Shown here: positions 1-8,952 of the stretch, piece after piece | Numbering within the stretch: the stretch's first letter is position 1 | Layout: every line of letters starts with the position of its first letter | NCBI GenBank assembly: GCA_965226665.1 | Contig: OZ245371.1 | Location: forward strand, 546,193 to 578,192 | Source of the DNA: Rivularia sp. (in: cyanobacteria) | GTDB taxonomy: Bacteria; Cyanobacteriota; Cyanobacteriia; Cyanobacteriales; Nostocaceae | DNA: 32,000 bases | Reading direction: 5' to 3' | Position numbers and translations under genes: made by a program | The notes under the pieces: model-generated | The model's database searches: none | Told to the model about the DNA's origin: nothing | What the model saw: the letters and a program-made list of their open reading frames with translations, nothing else

Positions 1-581
1 TTGCGTCCGTAAAGTACGATAATGTCGCAAAATTCGCACTGATAAGGACAACCACGGGAAAACTGTACCGACATATCGCTGTAAGCGCCAATATCGAGTA
101 AATCGTATCTTGGTATCGGTGTAGTAGTAATATCGGGCTTTTCACCATTTGAGCGGAATATCCCCGAAGTTTCCCCTATGCGGAGTGCTTCTACAAATAA
201 GGGTAAAGTTATTTCTCCTTCATCTAAAACCAAAAAATCTACCCCTGCGGCTTGGGCTTCTTGGGGTACGGAAGTTACGTAAGGTCCCCCCACCGCGACT
301 AATTTGTTACGCCGTTTTGCTTCGCGGATCAAGTGCAGCATATCTGGTTTCTGGACAATCATTCCGGAAACAACGATCAATTCTGCCCATTCCCAATCAG
401 CTTCGGTTTCAGGAGCAATATTACGGTCAACTAATCGAAAATCCCAATCTTGAGGTAGAATAGCCGCTACTGTAATCATCCCCAAAGGAGGGACAGTTAC
501 TTTACGTCCAATTAGTTCTATGCTCTTGTCAAAAGACCAAAAGGATTTTGGGAACTGAGGATATAGCAGTAAAACTCGCAT
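1..581 (-). CDS. B12-binding-domain radical SAM protein, N-terminal ~193 codons (the gene continues past the window start)
   Basis: The reverse-strand frame is open from the window edge to the ATG at 581-579. Translation reads MRVLLLYPQFPKSFWSF...KLVAVGGPYVTS...DMSVQFSRGCPYQCEFCD, which contains the CxxxCxxC radical SAM cluster motif after a cobalamin-binding-type N-terminal domain. It is absent from the ORF track because no stop lies inside the window. Confidence 0.85.
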   Translation of the reverse strand, partial: MRVLLLYPQFPKSFWSFDKSIELIGRKVTVPPLGMITVAAILPQDWDFRLVDRNIAPETEADWEWAELIVVSGMIVQKPDMLHLIREAKRRNKLVAVGGPYVTSVPQEAQAAGVDFLVLDEGEITLPLFVEALRIGETSGIFRSNGEKPDITTTPIPRYDLLDIGAYSDMSVQFSRGCPYQCEFCDIIVLYGR

Positions 582-1653
582 TTATATAGCAATTTAGAAA
601 AACATTGCCGAAGTGGTTTTGTCAGACTGAAATCCGAGAATCGAAGATTTTTAATTACCTATATATTTGTTGACTTTTTTACTATTGTAGTTGTCGATAC
701 ACTTTTTTTTAAATTGCGGCATAAACCATAATAAAATAGGTTTATTAGGTCAAGAAAACCTCCATCTTAAATATGATGTTTTTCCTAAGTCCATCAATCG
801 ATAATTAAGATGATGGATTTTTAAATTACTGCTACCTAACTTATTGTATAGTTGGCAATAAGGCTGCTTTTGAGTAATAAAAATCAAAACAAAAACTGCA
901 TCAAGACGCGAGGAAAAAAATATATCAAAAAATATATCAATTGCTGCTACTTTATTATTGATGAATTTGTTCCCAGAGATGTTTCCTAAAATTTAATATT
1001 GGAGTTAGGAACTACTTAACTTTTTATCGTATATCCATGTATCTGGGTTTCTCAGTATTTAAACGGTTTTTTTTAATAATCTGATTTTGAGCCTTTTATA
1101 TTGTCCGATTAAGTTGAAGTTTAATTCATAGGATACAAACGACTATAAAATTTTACCGGGTAAGAGCTAATAAATACATAGATGGCATTAATTTTTTCGA
1201 GTCTTACAAAGAAAGTCCACTTACAAAAAATCTATATATTTAATGTGCGAGCATAAGATTTATATATATCAGAAAAGCAAACAATAAATAGTTTTATATA
1301 TTTCAGTAATTATACGTATTATTTAATATATAGCAATTGTAAACAATACTTAGTTGTATAAGTGTAAGCAATATATAAGTAAATAAACAAGAACATAAAA
1401 GTGTCATAAGGCACTCGACATTTGCAAAAAATCGGATAAAACTATGGAATAAAAGTGACATTTGGGCGATTGAAAACTAAAATGCCTAAGATAATGATTT
1501 TTCGTAGATTTTTGGTTTGTTTTGCCATAAGTTCTTGCTTAATTACTGAGAACTTTGTAAATTTCTAATAAGATTGTCGGCAAGTCTTCTAGAATGATAC
1601 GCTAACTTTCTGTCGTAATTGCTCATATAGTTAATTACTTATTAGGGAGTATC

Positions 1654-2781
1654 GTGATGGAAATAGCTCCAATGCTAAGGAGCCAAACCGTTCAAAATCA
1701 AGTACGCGAAGTTGGTATTAATCCAAATTACTGGTATCCCGCCACTTGGGCTTCGGATCTAAAACCAGGTGATGTAATACCCGTAATGATTTGGAATTCG
1801 GCGATCGCACTTTACCGTTCCCAAAATGGTCAAGTTCACGCTATGGAAGATGCCTGTCCGCATAAGGGTATAGCTTTACACAAAGGTAAAGTAGCTGGAG
1901 AAAACCTAACCTGTCCTTATCACGGTTGGGAGTTTAACGGCGATGGGGTATGTACCAACATTCCTTATTTTCCTAAAGACCAAAAGCTGCCCTGTGCTTC
2001 TTCACGTAGCTATGCAGTGCGGGAAAAATTTAATTTGATCTGGATTTTTGCGGGAGCGATTGAAGATTCAGAAACAGTCGAATTTCCTTCGATTCCAGAA
2101 TATGATGACCCAAACTGGCTGGCTATTCCCATACCGGGAGAGTTTAAGGCTCATTTCTCCATCTGTAACGAAAATACGATGGACGTGTTCCACGGCTATT
2201 TACATGAAAACTTACAGGGCTGGTTCGATCCAGAACTAATAAGTTTGAAAGCCTCCGATGCATCGGTATTTGCTCAATATCGAGTATCTTATCAAGGTTG
2301 GATGACCAAGTTTTTCGGATTCAGCGAACAAGGGAACGAAGTTACTACTCGTACTGTCACAATTAAATATAACTATCCCCATTACCATAGTTCTTTGGAA
2401 GGGATGTCTTCCCTTTATTTGATGCGTCAACCAGTGGGGGCACAATTAACAAAATCTTTTTCCCTATTGTTTATCAAAATTCGCCTTCCTCAATGGTTTG
2501 TAAAACCGTTGCAAAAACCGATAACAAAAATCATTTGGCGGTTTATCTTGAAAAGTTTTCTCGATCAAGACACCGAGATGATTGAAAGCGAACAACAAAC
2601 CTACCTAGCTAATCCCCAAAGACGTTATGTAGAAATTAATCCAGCAATCATTGCCCTACAACGGGTAATTGTGGGTCAATATGAAAAATTTGTGCAACAA
2701 TCTAAAAAACTATCCAATGGCAATAATGGTAATCACGCATCTTCGGTTGGTGAAATCAAATCAAATTTAACCTCTACTTAG
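1654..2781 (+). CDS. Rieske [2Fe-2S] non-haem iron oxygenase (PaO/Tic55-like family)
   Basis: 375-aa ORF. Rieske motif CPHKGIALHKG...CPYHGWEF. Mononuclear iron motif NENTMDVFHGYLH. GGGAG Shine-Dalgarno-like sequence just upstream. The start is GTG 1654 or ATG 1657. Confidence 0.85.
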   Translation: MMEIAPMLRSQTVQNQVREVGINPNYWYPATWASDLKPGDVIPVMIWNSAIALYRSQNGQVHAMEDACPHKGIALHKGKVAGENLTCPYHGWEFNGDGVCTNIPYFPKDQKLPCASSRSYAVREKFNLIWIFAGAIEDSETVEFPSIPEYDDPNWLAIPIPGEFKAHFSICNENTMDVFHGYLHENLQGWFDPELISLKASDASVFAQYRVSYQGWMTKFFGFSEQGNEVTTRTVTIKYNYPHYHSSLEGMSSLYLMRQPVGAQLTKSFSLLFIKIRLPQWFVKPLQKPITKIIWRFILKSFLDQDTEMIESEQQTYLANPQRRYVEINPAIIALQRVIVGQYEKFVQQSKKLSNGNNGNHASSVGEIKSNLTST

Positions 2782-2901
2782 GAAGGTGATACATCATCTG
2801 ACATAACACATTGGTTAATTGTACAAAGTAAAAAAGTAAATTTTCAACTGCAAACATATATTAAAAGCCCATAGGCAAATATTAGGTGAGAGGAGTTATT
2901 T

Positions 2902-4188
2902 GTGGAAGTTGTTGAAGAGTATATGCAGGGCCTCTATCAAAGTGGTCTTTATCCAGATAAGTTAATTTGCCATGAAAAACATGGAAATGTAGTCGAAGTT
3001 GAAGATCCTGCCGATGGCAAGCGATATAAACTATTGACATTCTGTACTAACGATGTTTTAGGGTTAGTTCAGTCGGAAGAAGTAAGACAAGCAGCGATTG
3101 ATGCAATTGTGCGATACGGAACTTCTAATAGTTCCTGTTCGGTATTGAGCGGCAGAATTGAGTTGCATCGTCAGTTAGAGCAAGAAATTTCAGCGTTTAA
3201 ACATTTGCCCCATACTCATCTATTCCTCAATGCTTGGATGGCAATGCAAGCATTAATAGATGGTTTTTGTCACTTAGCGATTAATCTTCCTGGCTTTCGG
3301 AACACCAGAGAAACCTTGATTCTGACTGATGTTCTCAACCACGGCTGTATAGTTTCTGCCGTTACCAATGCCAGCAATCGTTCTGGAAAGATGTTTAGTC
3401 ATAGTCCTGATGTTCGCGTAAAAGCTTACCGTCACTGCGACGTAAATGACTTCGCGCGAAAATTACGACGCTACGCCAAGCCAAATGACCGTATTTTGGT
3501 AGTTTCCGATGCAGTGTTCTCAATGGATGGCGATATTGCCCCATTACCAGAGATGCTCGACGTTTTAGAAAACTATCCCGGCAGCGTCATCGTCATGGAT
3601 GAAGCTCACGCGAGCGGTGCGATCGGTCCATTAGGTGGCGGTATATACGACCATTTTGGAATAACACCCCAGCAAGTACTCGATAGAGGAATGGTGCCAT
3701 TAATTATGACCACCTTCTCGAAATTTGCAGCTTCCGCAGGTGCAGCAATCAGTTCTCATAGTCCAGAAATGATTGACTTGTTGGACGTTTCGCCAACTTC
3801 CATCGGTACAATTTCACTTCCACCTCCGACAACAGCAGCAGCATTAGAAAGTATTCGTCAGGTAAGACAAAAACCCGAATTAGTCGAAACTTTGCAAGCC
3901 AACGCTAATTACTTGCGATCGCGTTTAATCGAAAACGGTTTTGCAGCGATTGGCGAAACTAACGTCATACCCGTGCTAATGCCACCCGAACTAAATCCCA
4001 AGCAGTTCACCCGTCATTTGATGGAACACCACGGTATTTGGGTATCTGCGATTTGGTTTATTGCTAAACCTCGCTTAAGAATTACCGCAAACGCGCTTCA
4101 TACTAAAGAAGAAATGGATAATTTGGTTGAAGCAATGGTACAAACGCGAGAGCTTTTATATAAGCCAGCGACTGTTGTTAGTGCTTAG
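2902..4188 (+). CDS. PLP-dependent alpha-oxoamine synthase family enzyme (BioF/Kbl/serine palmitoyltransferase-like)
   Basis: 428-aa ORF carrying the family motifs NDVLGL, DVLNHGCIVS, SDAVFSMDGDIAPL, DEAHASGAIGPLGGG and TFSKFAASAGAA (PLP lysine). AGGTGAGAGGAG lies upstream of GTG 2902. An alternative ATG is at 2923. Confidence 0.8.
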   Translation: MEVVEEYMQGLYQSGLYPDKLICHEKHGNVVEVEDPADGKRYKLLTFCTNDVLGLVQSEEVRQAAIDAIVRYGTSNSSCSVLSGRIELHRQLEQEISAFKHLPHTHLFLNAWMAMQALIDGFCHLAINLPGFRNTRETLILTDVLNHGCIVSAVTNASNRSGKMFSHSPDVRVKAYRHCDVNDFARKLRRYAKPNDRILVVSDAVFSMDGDIAPLPEMLDVLENYPGSVIVMDEAHASGAIGPLGGGIYDHFGITPQQVLDRGMVPLIMTTFSKFAASAGAAISSHSPEMIDLLDVSPTSIGTISLPPPTTAAALESIRQVRQKPELVETLQANANYLRSRLIENGFAAIGETNVIPVLMPPELNPKQFTRHLMEHHGIWVSAIWFIAKPRLRITANALHTKEEMDNLVEAMVQTRELLYKPATVVSA

Positions 4189-4194
4189 GTAATA

Positions 4195-4436
4195 TTAGAA
4201 AGGGCGGGCAGTGATGCCCCGCAGTCGCTACAACCGGGGGAACCCCGGCAACGCGCTGCTCTCTACCCCACAATAGTTTTAAATCTTCTCGGTTTGTAAG
4301 AATTGCGAGATTTTAGGAACCCGGTTTTTTGAAAAAACCGGGTTTCTGAATTTTTTCTATAGCGGTTTTAAGTTTATTAGTCTTCTGGAGGCAGAGCCTC
4401 TTGACCGAAAATCGTAGGGACGCAAGCCCCTACTTT
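4195..4436. repeat. Cluster of Nostocales-type small dispersed GC-rich hairpin repeats
   Basis: GC-rich modules sit in an AT-rich background. They include caaccgggggaaccccggcaacgcgctg, the aacccggttttttgaaaaaaccgggtt palindrome and ggaggcagagcctc. Related modules recur at 5918-5940, 14686-14714 and 22113-22221. Confidence 0.7.
4318..4344. terminator. Perfect palindrome that could act as a bidirectional terminator between convergent genes
   Basis: aacccggtttttt g aaaaaaccgggtt (12-13 bp arms), followed by a T-run (gaattttttc). It lies between the stop of the + strand gene (4188) and the stop of the - strand ORF (4437). Confidence 0.5.
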
Positions 4437-4634
4437 CTAAGTATGGGGTAAGTCCCTTAAAGGACAATTTATTGTCCGTCCAAATTCTTCTATTAATTCA
4501 CTTGCGCTAATTCCACGTACAAACGCTTCATTTTTTATATTTTCCCAAGCCGTGGGCGTTAGTACTACGGTTCTTTTTGTTTTTACTTCATCGTGCAGCA
4601 CAGGAACATTTTTTAACCTTTTTTTAGTTGCCAT
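4437..4634 (-). CDS. Small (65 aa) ribbon-helix-helix-like protein, hypothetical
   Basis: The ORF track gives 4437..4691. The first ATG with a sensible N-terminus is at 4634 (MATKKRLKNVPVLHDEVKTKRTVVLTPTAWENIKNEAFVRGISASELIEEFGR...). The beta-strand then helix pattern (VVLTPTAW...ISASELIEE) resembles CopG/RHH proteins. No search was possible. Confidence 0.4.
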   Translation of the reverse strand: MATKKRLKNVPVLHDEVKTKRTVVLTPTAWENIKNEAFVRGISASELIEEFGRTINCPLRDLPHT

Positions 4635-4702
4635 TATTAGATATGCCGTGTATACTAGATATATGCTAGCAAATAAAAGGAGGTGATTCAAGAGTGTTAG
4701 TA

Positions 4703-5842
4703 ATGGAATATAAAGCAGTAATCAGTAAAAACCAAAAAACAGCGATAAACGAAGCTATTCGGACATCACAGTTTGTGCGTAACAAGGTATTACGTTACTG
4801 GATGGATAATCGCGGTGTTGGTAAAAAAGAGCTTTATCGTTACAACACTTAGATAAGAGATGAATTCAAATTCGTAAAAGACTTAAATAGTCATGCTTGC
4901 CAAGCATCTGTAGAGAATGTAGAACGTGCTATTAATCGTTTCTTTGACAATTGCAAAAAAGGAAAACCAGGTAAAAAGGGGTATCCGCGTTTTAAGAAAC
5001 ATAGTCGCTCAGTTGAATACAAGCAATCTGGCTGGAAGTTGCATCCAACTAAAAGACGCATAACTTTTACCGATAAAAAAGGTATTGGAGAGTTAAAACT
5101 TTTAGGCAAATGGGACATGAACACTATTGATGAAAACCGGATAAAACGGGTGCGTATAGTCAAGCGTGCGGATGGTTTTTATATTCAGTTTTGCGTCAAA
5201 ATAGATAATACTCAATCTGTACCCGATGCCAACACTGAAATCGGTATTGATGTAGGCTTGGAATTTTTCTACTCCGACAGTAACGGCAACCATGAAGAAA
5301 ATCCCAGATTTTTACGCAGTGCTGAAAAAGACATAAAGCGTTCTCAACGCAAAATTTATAAAAAGAAAAAAGGGTCGTCTGGTAGAAGAAAAGCGCGTGG
5401 TGTTTATGCCCGCAAACATTTAAAAGTAACTCGACAAAGGAATGAACACGCTAAGAGATTAGCACGTAACTTATGCCTGCTTAACAGTATGGTGGTCTTG
5501 GAAGATTTGAATGTGAGCGGCTTGGTGAAAAACCACAAGCTAGCCAAGAGCATTGTTGATGCTTCTTGGTATCTCTTTCGCCAATGGCTCGAATATTTTG
5601 GCAGCAAGTTTGGTCGTGAAGTAATCGCAGTTCCACCACACTATACAAGCCAAGAATGCAGTAATTGCGGTGTTAGAACTCAAAAAAGTTTAAGCACTCG
5701 GACGCATTCTTGCTCTAACTGCGGACACACCGAACAACGTGATGTTAATGCTGCCAAAGTAATTTTAAGTCGTGTAAGCGGTAGGGGAGGGCATCCCCGA
5801 ACTAACGCGCTTTGGAGTTGTAGTCCCTACTTCTGTTGGTAG
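4703..5842 (+). pseudogene. tnpB: TnpB (OrfB) RNA-guided nuclease with an in-frame TAG at 4850-4852
   Basis: The frame from ATG 4703 reads MEYKAVISKNQKTAINEAIRTSQFVRNKVLRYWMDNRGVGKKELYRYNT*. It continues in the same frame as IRDEFKFVKDLNSHACQASVENVERAINRFF...GYPRFKK..., joining track ORF 5039..5842. RuvC motifs are IGIDVGL, VVLEDLNVSGL and QRDVNAA. Zinc finger is CSNCG...CSNCG. Confidence 0.85.
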
Positions 5843-5912
5843 CAATACCTGCAAAAGCAAACAACGACAGTGAAACTAGAATCCCCTTCTATTTATTGAT
5901 GGGGAGTGTCAA
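5700..5912 (+). ncRNA. Putative omega-RNA (reRNA) scaffold at the tnpB 3' end / IS right end
   Basis: TnpB guide RNAs are encoded across the 3' end of tnpB and the right end. Here a hairpin (atcccc...ggggag) followed by tgtcaa sits 60-70 nt past the stop. The boundaries are guesses. Confidence 0.3.
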
Positions 5913-5917
5913 ATTGA

Positions 5918-6020
5918 TTCCCAGCCAGAGACTGGGAACCAGATTAAAGAGATTAGGAACCAGATTAACAAACAGCCACTGTTCCCTATTCCCTATTCCC
6001 TACTCCCCATTCCCTCTTCC
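5918..6020. repeat. Hairpin repeat, a 13-bp direct repeat and STRR-like heptamers
   Basis: ttcccagccagagactgggaacc (5918-5940) recurs as a reverse complement at 22114-22138. ggaaccagattaa occurs twice (5935-5947 and 5955-5967). A heptamer tract ccctatt/ccctatt/ccctact/ccccatt/ccctctt runs over 5982-6020. Confidence 0.75.
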
Positions 6021-6108
6021 AAATAATTAAAATAACCCAATAAAAACATCATAATTAAAAATTAGACTGTAACTTTTTTACATTAAACCTAAAGCTTTAT
6101 TGGTGAAT

Positions 6109-7254
6109 ATGGTTACTCAAACTCAAAATATTCAGGTATCACCTGTAACTACAGACGCGCAAAGGGAAATGTTCCTGGATGTGCCTTTTAAGGTATATAA
6201 AAATTACCCCAATTGGGTTCCACCTATCCGCAGCAGCATTGCCAAACAATTAGCCTCAGAAAATAATGCTTTTCTTGAATATGGAGAATTTGAACTATTT
6301 ATCGCTATTTCCAAACAAAATGGCGAACCTTTAGGAAGAATTGTCGCTATTGTTAATCGGCGATTAATCGAAAATGAAGGTAAAAATGTCGGAATTTTTG
6401 GTTATTTTGAATGTGTAGAAGACTTTGAGGTTGCAAATAGTTTATTAGAAACAGCTTCTCAATGGTTGCGCGATCGAGGGATGAATTTTGTCAGGGGACC
6501 AATAAATTTATCTACTCACAATAGCTGTTTATTTTTAGTAGATAAATTTGATCAACCACCAATCATGATGACACCTTATAATCCGCCTTATTATCCTGAA
6601 TTTATGGAAAAGGCTGGTTATTACAAAGGAAATGATGCATATGTTTTCAATTTTCCCTTAGATACTGCTTTAGACCCTAAATTTGAAAAAGCTTATCGAA
6701 TTGCTTGTAAATCTGGAGTAACATTTCGCCCACTCCGCACTAAAGGTGAAGGTTTTGAACAAGATTGTCGAGATATATATAACCTTGTAGGTAAAGTTTT
6801 TACTAAAAATTATAGTTATAGCTACCGTACTGTAGAAGAATTTCTCAGTCAGGCTAAAGATTTGCAAGATATGGCTGACCCAGATGTATTTCCCATAGCC
6901 GAACATGACGGTAAAATGATTGGTGTTTGGATGGGAATACCAGACTATAATATTGTTTTAAAACATATTAACGGTAAACTAAATTGGTTAGGAATTATCA
7001 AATTCCTTTGGTATCGCCGTCAAATTGACCAAGGGATAGTACCCCTTATTGCTTGTTTGCCTGAGTATCGCCGCAAAATGGTGCCTTTAGCTCTTGTTTA
7101 CTTAGGTATGCAAGGAGGAATCCGAAAAGGAAAGCCCTACAAAAGAGCAGAACTCGGTTGGGTATGGGAAGATAACTCAGCTTCCCGCAAAATGATTGAA
7201 GCAGCAGGCGGCAAAATCTACAAGACTTACCGAATTTACGAGAAAGCGTTATGA
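6109..7254 (+). CDS. GNAT-fold (acyl-CoA N-acyltransferase-like) protein of uncharacterised family
   Basis: Track ORF 6100..7254, with the first ATG at 6109. The conserved pattern is VPFKVYKNYPNWVPPIRSSI...GRIVAIVNRR...VGIFGYFECVEDFEVANSLLETASQWLRDRGMNFVRGPINLSTHNSCLFLVD...MTPYNPPYYPEFMEKAGY. From memory this is typical of a widespread family annotated as GNAT N-acetyltransferase. No search was run. Confidence 0.6.
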   Translation: MVTQTQNIQVSPVTTDAQREMFLDVPFKVYKNYPNWVPPIRSSIAKQLASENNAFLEYGEFELFIAISKQNGEPLGRIVAIVNRRLIENEGKNVGIFGYFECVEDFEVANSLLETASQWLRDRGMNFVRGPINLSTHNSCLFLVDKFDQPPIMMTPYNPPYYPEFMEKAGYYKGNDAYVFNFPLDTALDPKFEKAYRIACKSGVTFRPLRTKGEGFEQDCRDIYNLVGKVFTKNYSYSYRTVEEFLSQAKDLQDMADPDVFPIAEHDGKMIGVWMGIPDYNIVLKHINGKLNWLGIIKFLWYRRQIDQGIVPLIACLPEYRRKMVPLALVYLGMQGGIRKGKPYKRAELGWVWEDNSASRKMIEAAGGKIYKTYRIYEKAL

Positions 7255-8222
7255 AAGCTTTAGTTACAGGTGCCAATGGTTTCACGGGTTCGCACTTAGT
7301 AAAAGCGCTACAGCAGCGCGGCGATTCGGTTGTTGGGCTAGTGCGAAAATCCAGCGATTTAACAAGATTAGAAGATACAGATATACAGTTAGTTACGGGG
7401 GACATTACCGATCGCAACGCCTTACGTCAAGCGATGCAGGATGTTGATATGGTATTCCATACAGCAGCTTTTGTGGAGTTAGGTTTAGTCGATGCCGCAA
7501 AAATGGAACGGGTAAACGTCGAAGGAACTCAAGCCGTTTTAGAAGTTGCCAAGGAAATGGGAATTTTAAAAATGGTTTATTGCAGCACAATCGGCATTTA
7601 TGGCGATACAAAAGGTGAAATCATCGATGAAACCTTTGAAAGAACTCAAGAAAACTTCTCCTCTGCTTACGACAGCACCAAATATGAAGCACAGCAGCTA
7701 GTTGACAACTACGCCGTCATCGGTTTTCCCGTAGTTAGCGTCATGCCTTCAGGTATTTTTGGCCCAGACGATCCGCATTTTGGCCCGGTATTTAAACTAT
7801 TTTTGCAAGGTAAATTAAAACTCTGGGTAGCTGGCGATCGCATGACGGGAATAGTTCATGTGGATGATCTTGTAAATGCGATGATATTAGCAGCGGAAAA
7901 AGGCGAACGAGGAGAACATTACATAATTTCTGCTGGTGAAGTTCCCTCCCGCGAAATGTTTGAAATTATCAGCGAACAGACGGGCATTTCCACACCTACG
8001 GAAGTTCCACAACCCATAGTTAGAATTGCAGGTAATATTCTTGACCCTATAGGAAGCTTATTATCATGGAATCCACCAATAGGTAAAGAGCGCGTACATT
8101 ACTTGTACGACCGCTGCGTGCGAGTCGATGCAAAAAAAGCGCGTGAAAAATTAGGTTGGCAACCCCGTTCTGTGTCCCAAACATTAAAAGAAATTGCTAC
8201 ACATTTACAATCTCAAATTTAA
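7251..8222 (+). CDS. NAD(P)-dependent epimerase/dehydratase-family (extended SDR) oxidoreductase
   Basis: N-terminal VTGANGFTGSHLV (GxxGxxG) and catalytic YDSTKYEAQ (YxxxK). The start ATG overlaps the upstream stop (ATGA at 7251-7254), implying translational coupling. Confidence 0.85.
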   Translation: MKALVTGANGFTGSHLVKALQQRGDSVVGLVRKSSDLTRLEDTDIQLVTGDITDRNALRQAMQDVDMVFHTAAFVELGLVDAAKMERVNVEGTQAVLEVAKEMGILKMVYCSTIGIYGDTKGEIIDETFERTQENFSSAYDSTKYEAQQLVDNYAVIGFPVVSVMPSGIFGPDDPHFGPVFKLFLQGKLKLWVAGDRMTGIVHVDDLVNAMILAAEKGERGEHYIISAGEVPSREMFEIISEQTGISTPTEVPQPIVRIAGNILDPIGSLLSWNPPIGKERVHYLYDRCVRVDAKKAREKLGWQPRSVSQTLKEIATHLQSQI

Positions 8223-8247
8223 AGATAAAACGAAAATAAGCTTGTTC

Positions 8248-8294
8248 GTAGTTGCGCGGTGACTCGTCTCCAAGAAGAAGCGCTACGCAACTAC
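8248..8294 (+). terminator. Hairpin downstream of the SDR gene (a possible terminator or dispersed repeat)
   Basis: gtagttgcg (8248-8256) pairs with cgcaactac (8286-8294) across a 29-nt loop. There is no clear T-run, so support is weak. Confidence 0.25.
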
Positions 8295-8441
8295 AAACCT
8301 TATAATTCTTGGCTCCGTGCAACCTATTAAACTTTTTTTACGTCTCATTAAACTGTCTCAACAAAGTATTGTTGTACGCAATTATCATGTCGATAAATTG
8401 TTACGATAAATTACAAGACAAATATTTCTTCAAAAGCTTAT

Positions 8442-8885
8442 ATGAATTCAGTGTTACTTAGTACTTCAACAGCAATAATTTGTTTCCTAATTGCCTTCAC
8501 ACTAGCGAGTTTGGTGGAATACTGGCTGCATCGTTTAATGCACGTTAATCGCAAAATTGGTCAACGTCATCGCGATCATCATCGTCGCAACGAAGGACAA
8601 GGTGTAGTCTGGGAGTTTCGCGATTATGTTGTTGGTAGCTTAGTCGTCTTGCCATTAATGTTTTTCTTTTCTTGGAGTGCTGGTTTGGGTTGGCTGCTCG
8701 GAAGTTTGAGCTATGCGGCTTTTTCAGCATATGCTCATCAATTGCAGCATGAAAATCCTACTAAATGCTTCTGGATGAAAATGCCAGTTCATTACGTACA
8801 CCATAAATACGGGATGTGGGAGCATAACTTTGGTTTAGCTGTAGATTGGTGGGACCCATGTTTTCGGTACTTACAAACCCGTTGA
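8442..8885 (+). CDS. Fatty acid hydroxylase/sterol desaturase superfamily membrane protein; the C-terminus appears frameshifted, with the conserved end continuing in another frame to 8952
   Basis: Histidine boxes HRLMH, HRDHHRR, HQLQHE and HYVHHKY. After WWD the expected motif (H)VFGTYKPVEEW...KWW* is read in the next frame (8857..8952). The break is an extra C in the run at 8855-8857. Confidence 0.8.
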   Translation: MNSVLLSTSTAIICFLIAFTLASLVEYWLHRLMHVNRKIGQRHRDHHRRNEGQGVVWEFRDYVVGSLVVLPLMFFFSWSAGLGWLLGSLSYAAFSAYAHQLQHENPTKCFWMKMPVHYVHHKYGMWEHNFGLAVDWWDPCFRYLQTR

Positions 8886-8952
8886 AGAATGGATAGGTGA
8901 AAAAGAAATTGCGCTATCCGAACGCGGTTATTTACAGTTGAAGTGGTGGTAA

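Larger units (their letters stand above)
4636..5912 (+). mobile_element. IS200/IS605-family tnpB-only element (IS1341-like), apparently inactive
   Basis: It contains the tnpB pseudogene 4703..5842 and a right-end-like hairpin gaatcccc-ttctatttattgat-ggggagtgtcaa ending near 5912. The left boundary is not defined by anything I can see. Confidence 0.45.

Noticed and set aside
149-463. 104-aa + strand ORF at the window start.
   Set aside because: It lies entirely antisense to the well-supported radical SAM coding frame and has a low-complexity K/L/R-rich sequence.
5836-6030. 64-aa ORF after tnpB, and the similar 22003..22236 ORF upstream of chlG.
   Set aside because: Both run through hairpin and heptamer repeats (peptides such as SQRLGT recur because the repeat recurs). 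They are repeat artefacts.
2048-8730. Short ORFs nested in or antisense to assigned genes (2048..2239, 2236..2445, 4891..5163, 5102..5293, 5404..5607, 6670..6906, 7046..7417, 7196..7447, 7405..7611, 8545..8730). Analogous ones occur later (15649..15912, 15932..16180, 22454..22839, 24590..24829, 25231..25544, 25811..26017, 26300..26542, 28259..28453, 29063..29269).
   Set aside because: Each overlaps a longer ORF with clear family motifs. None has recognisable motifs of its own.
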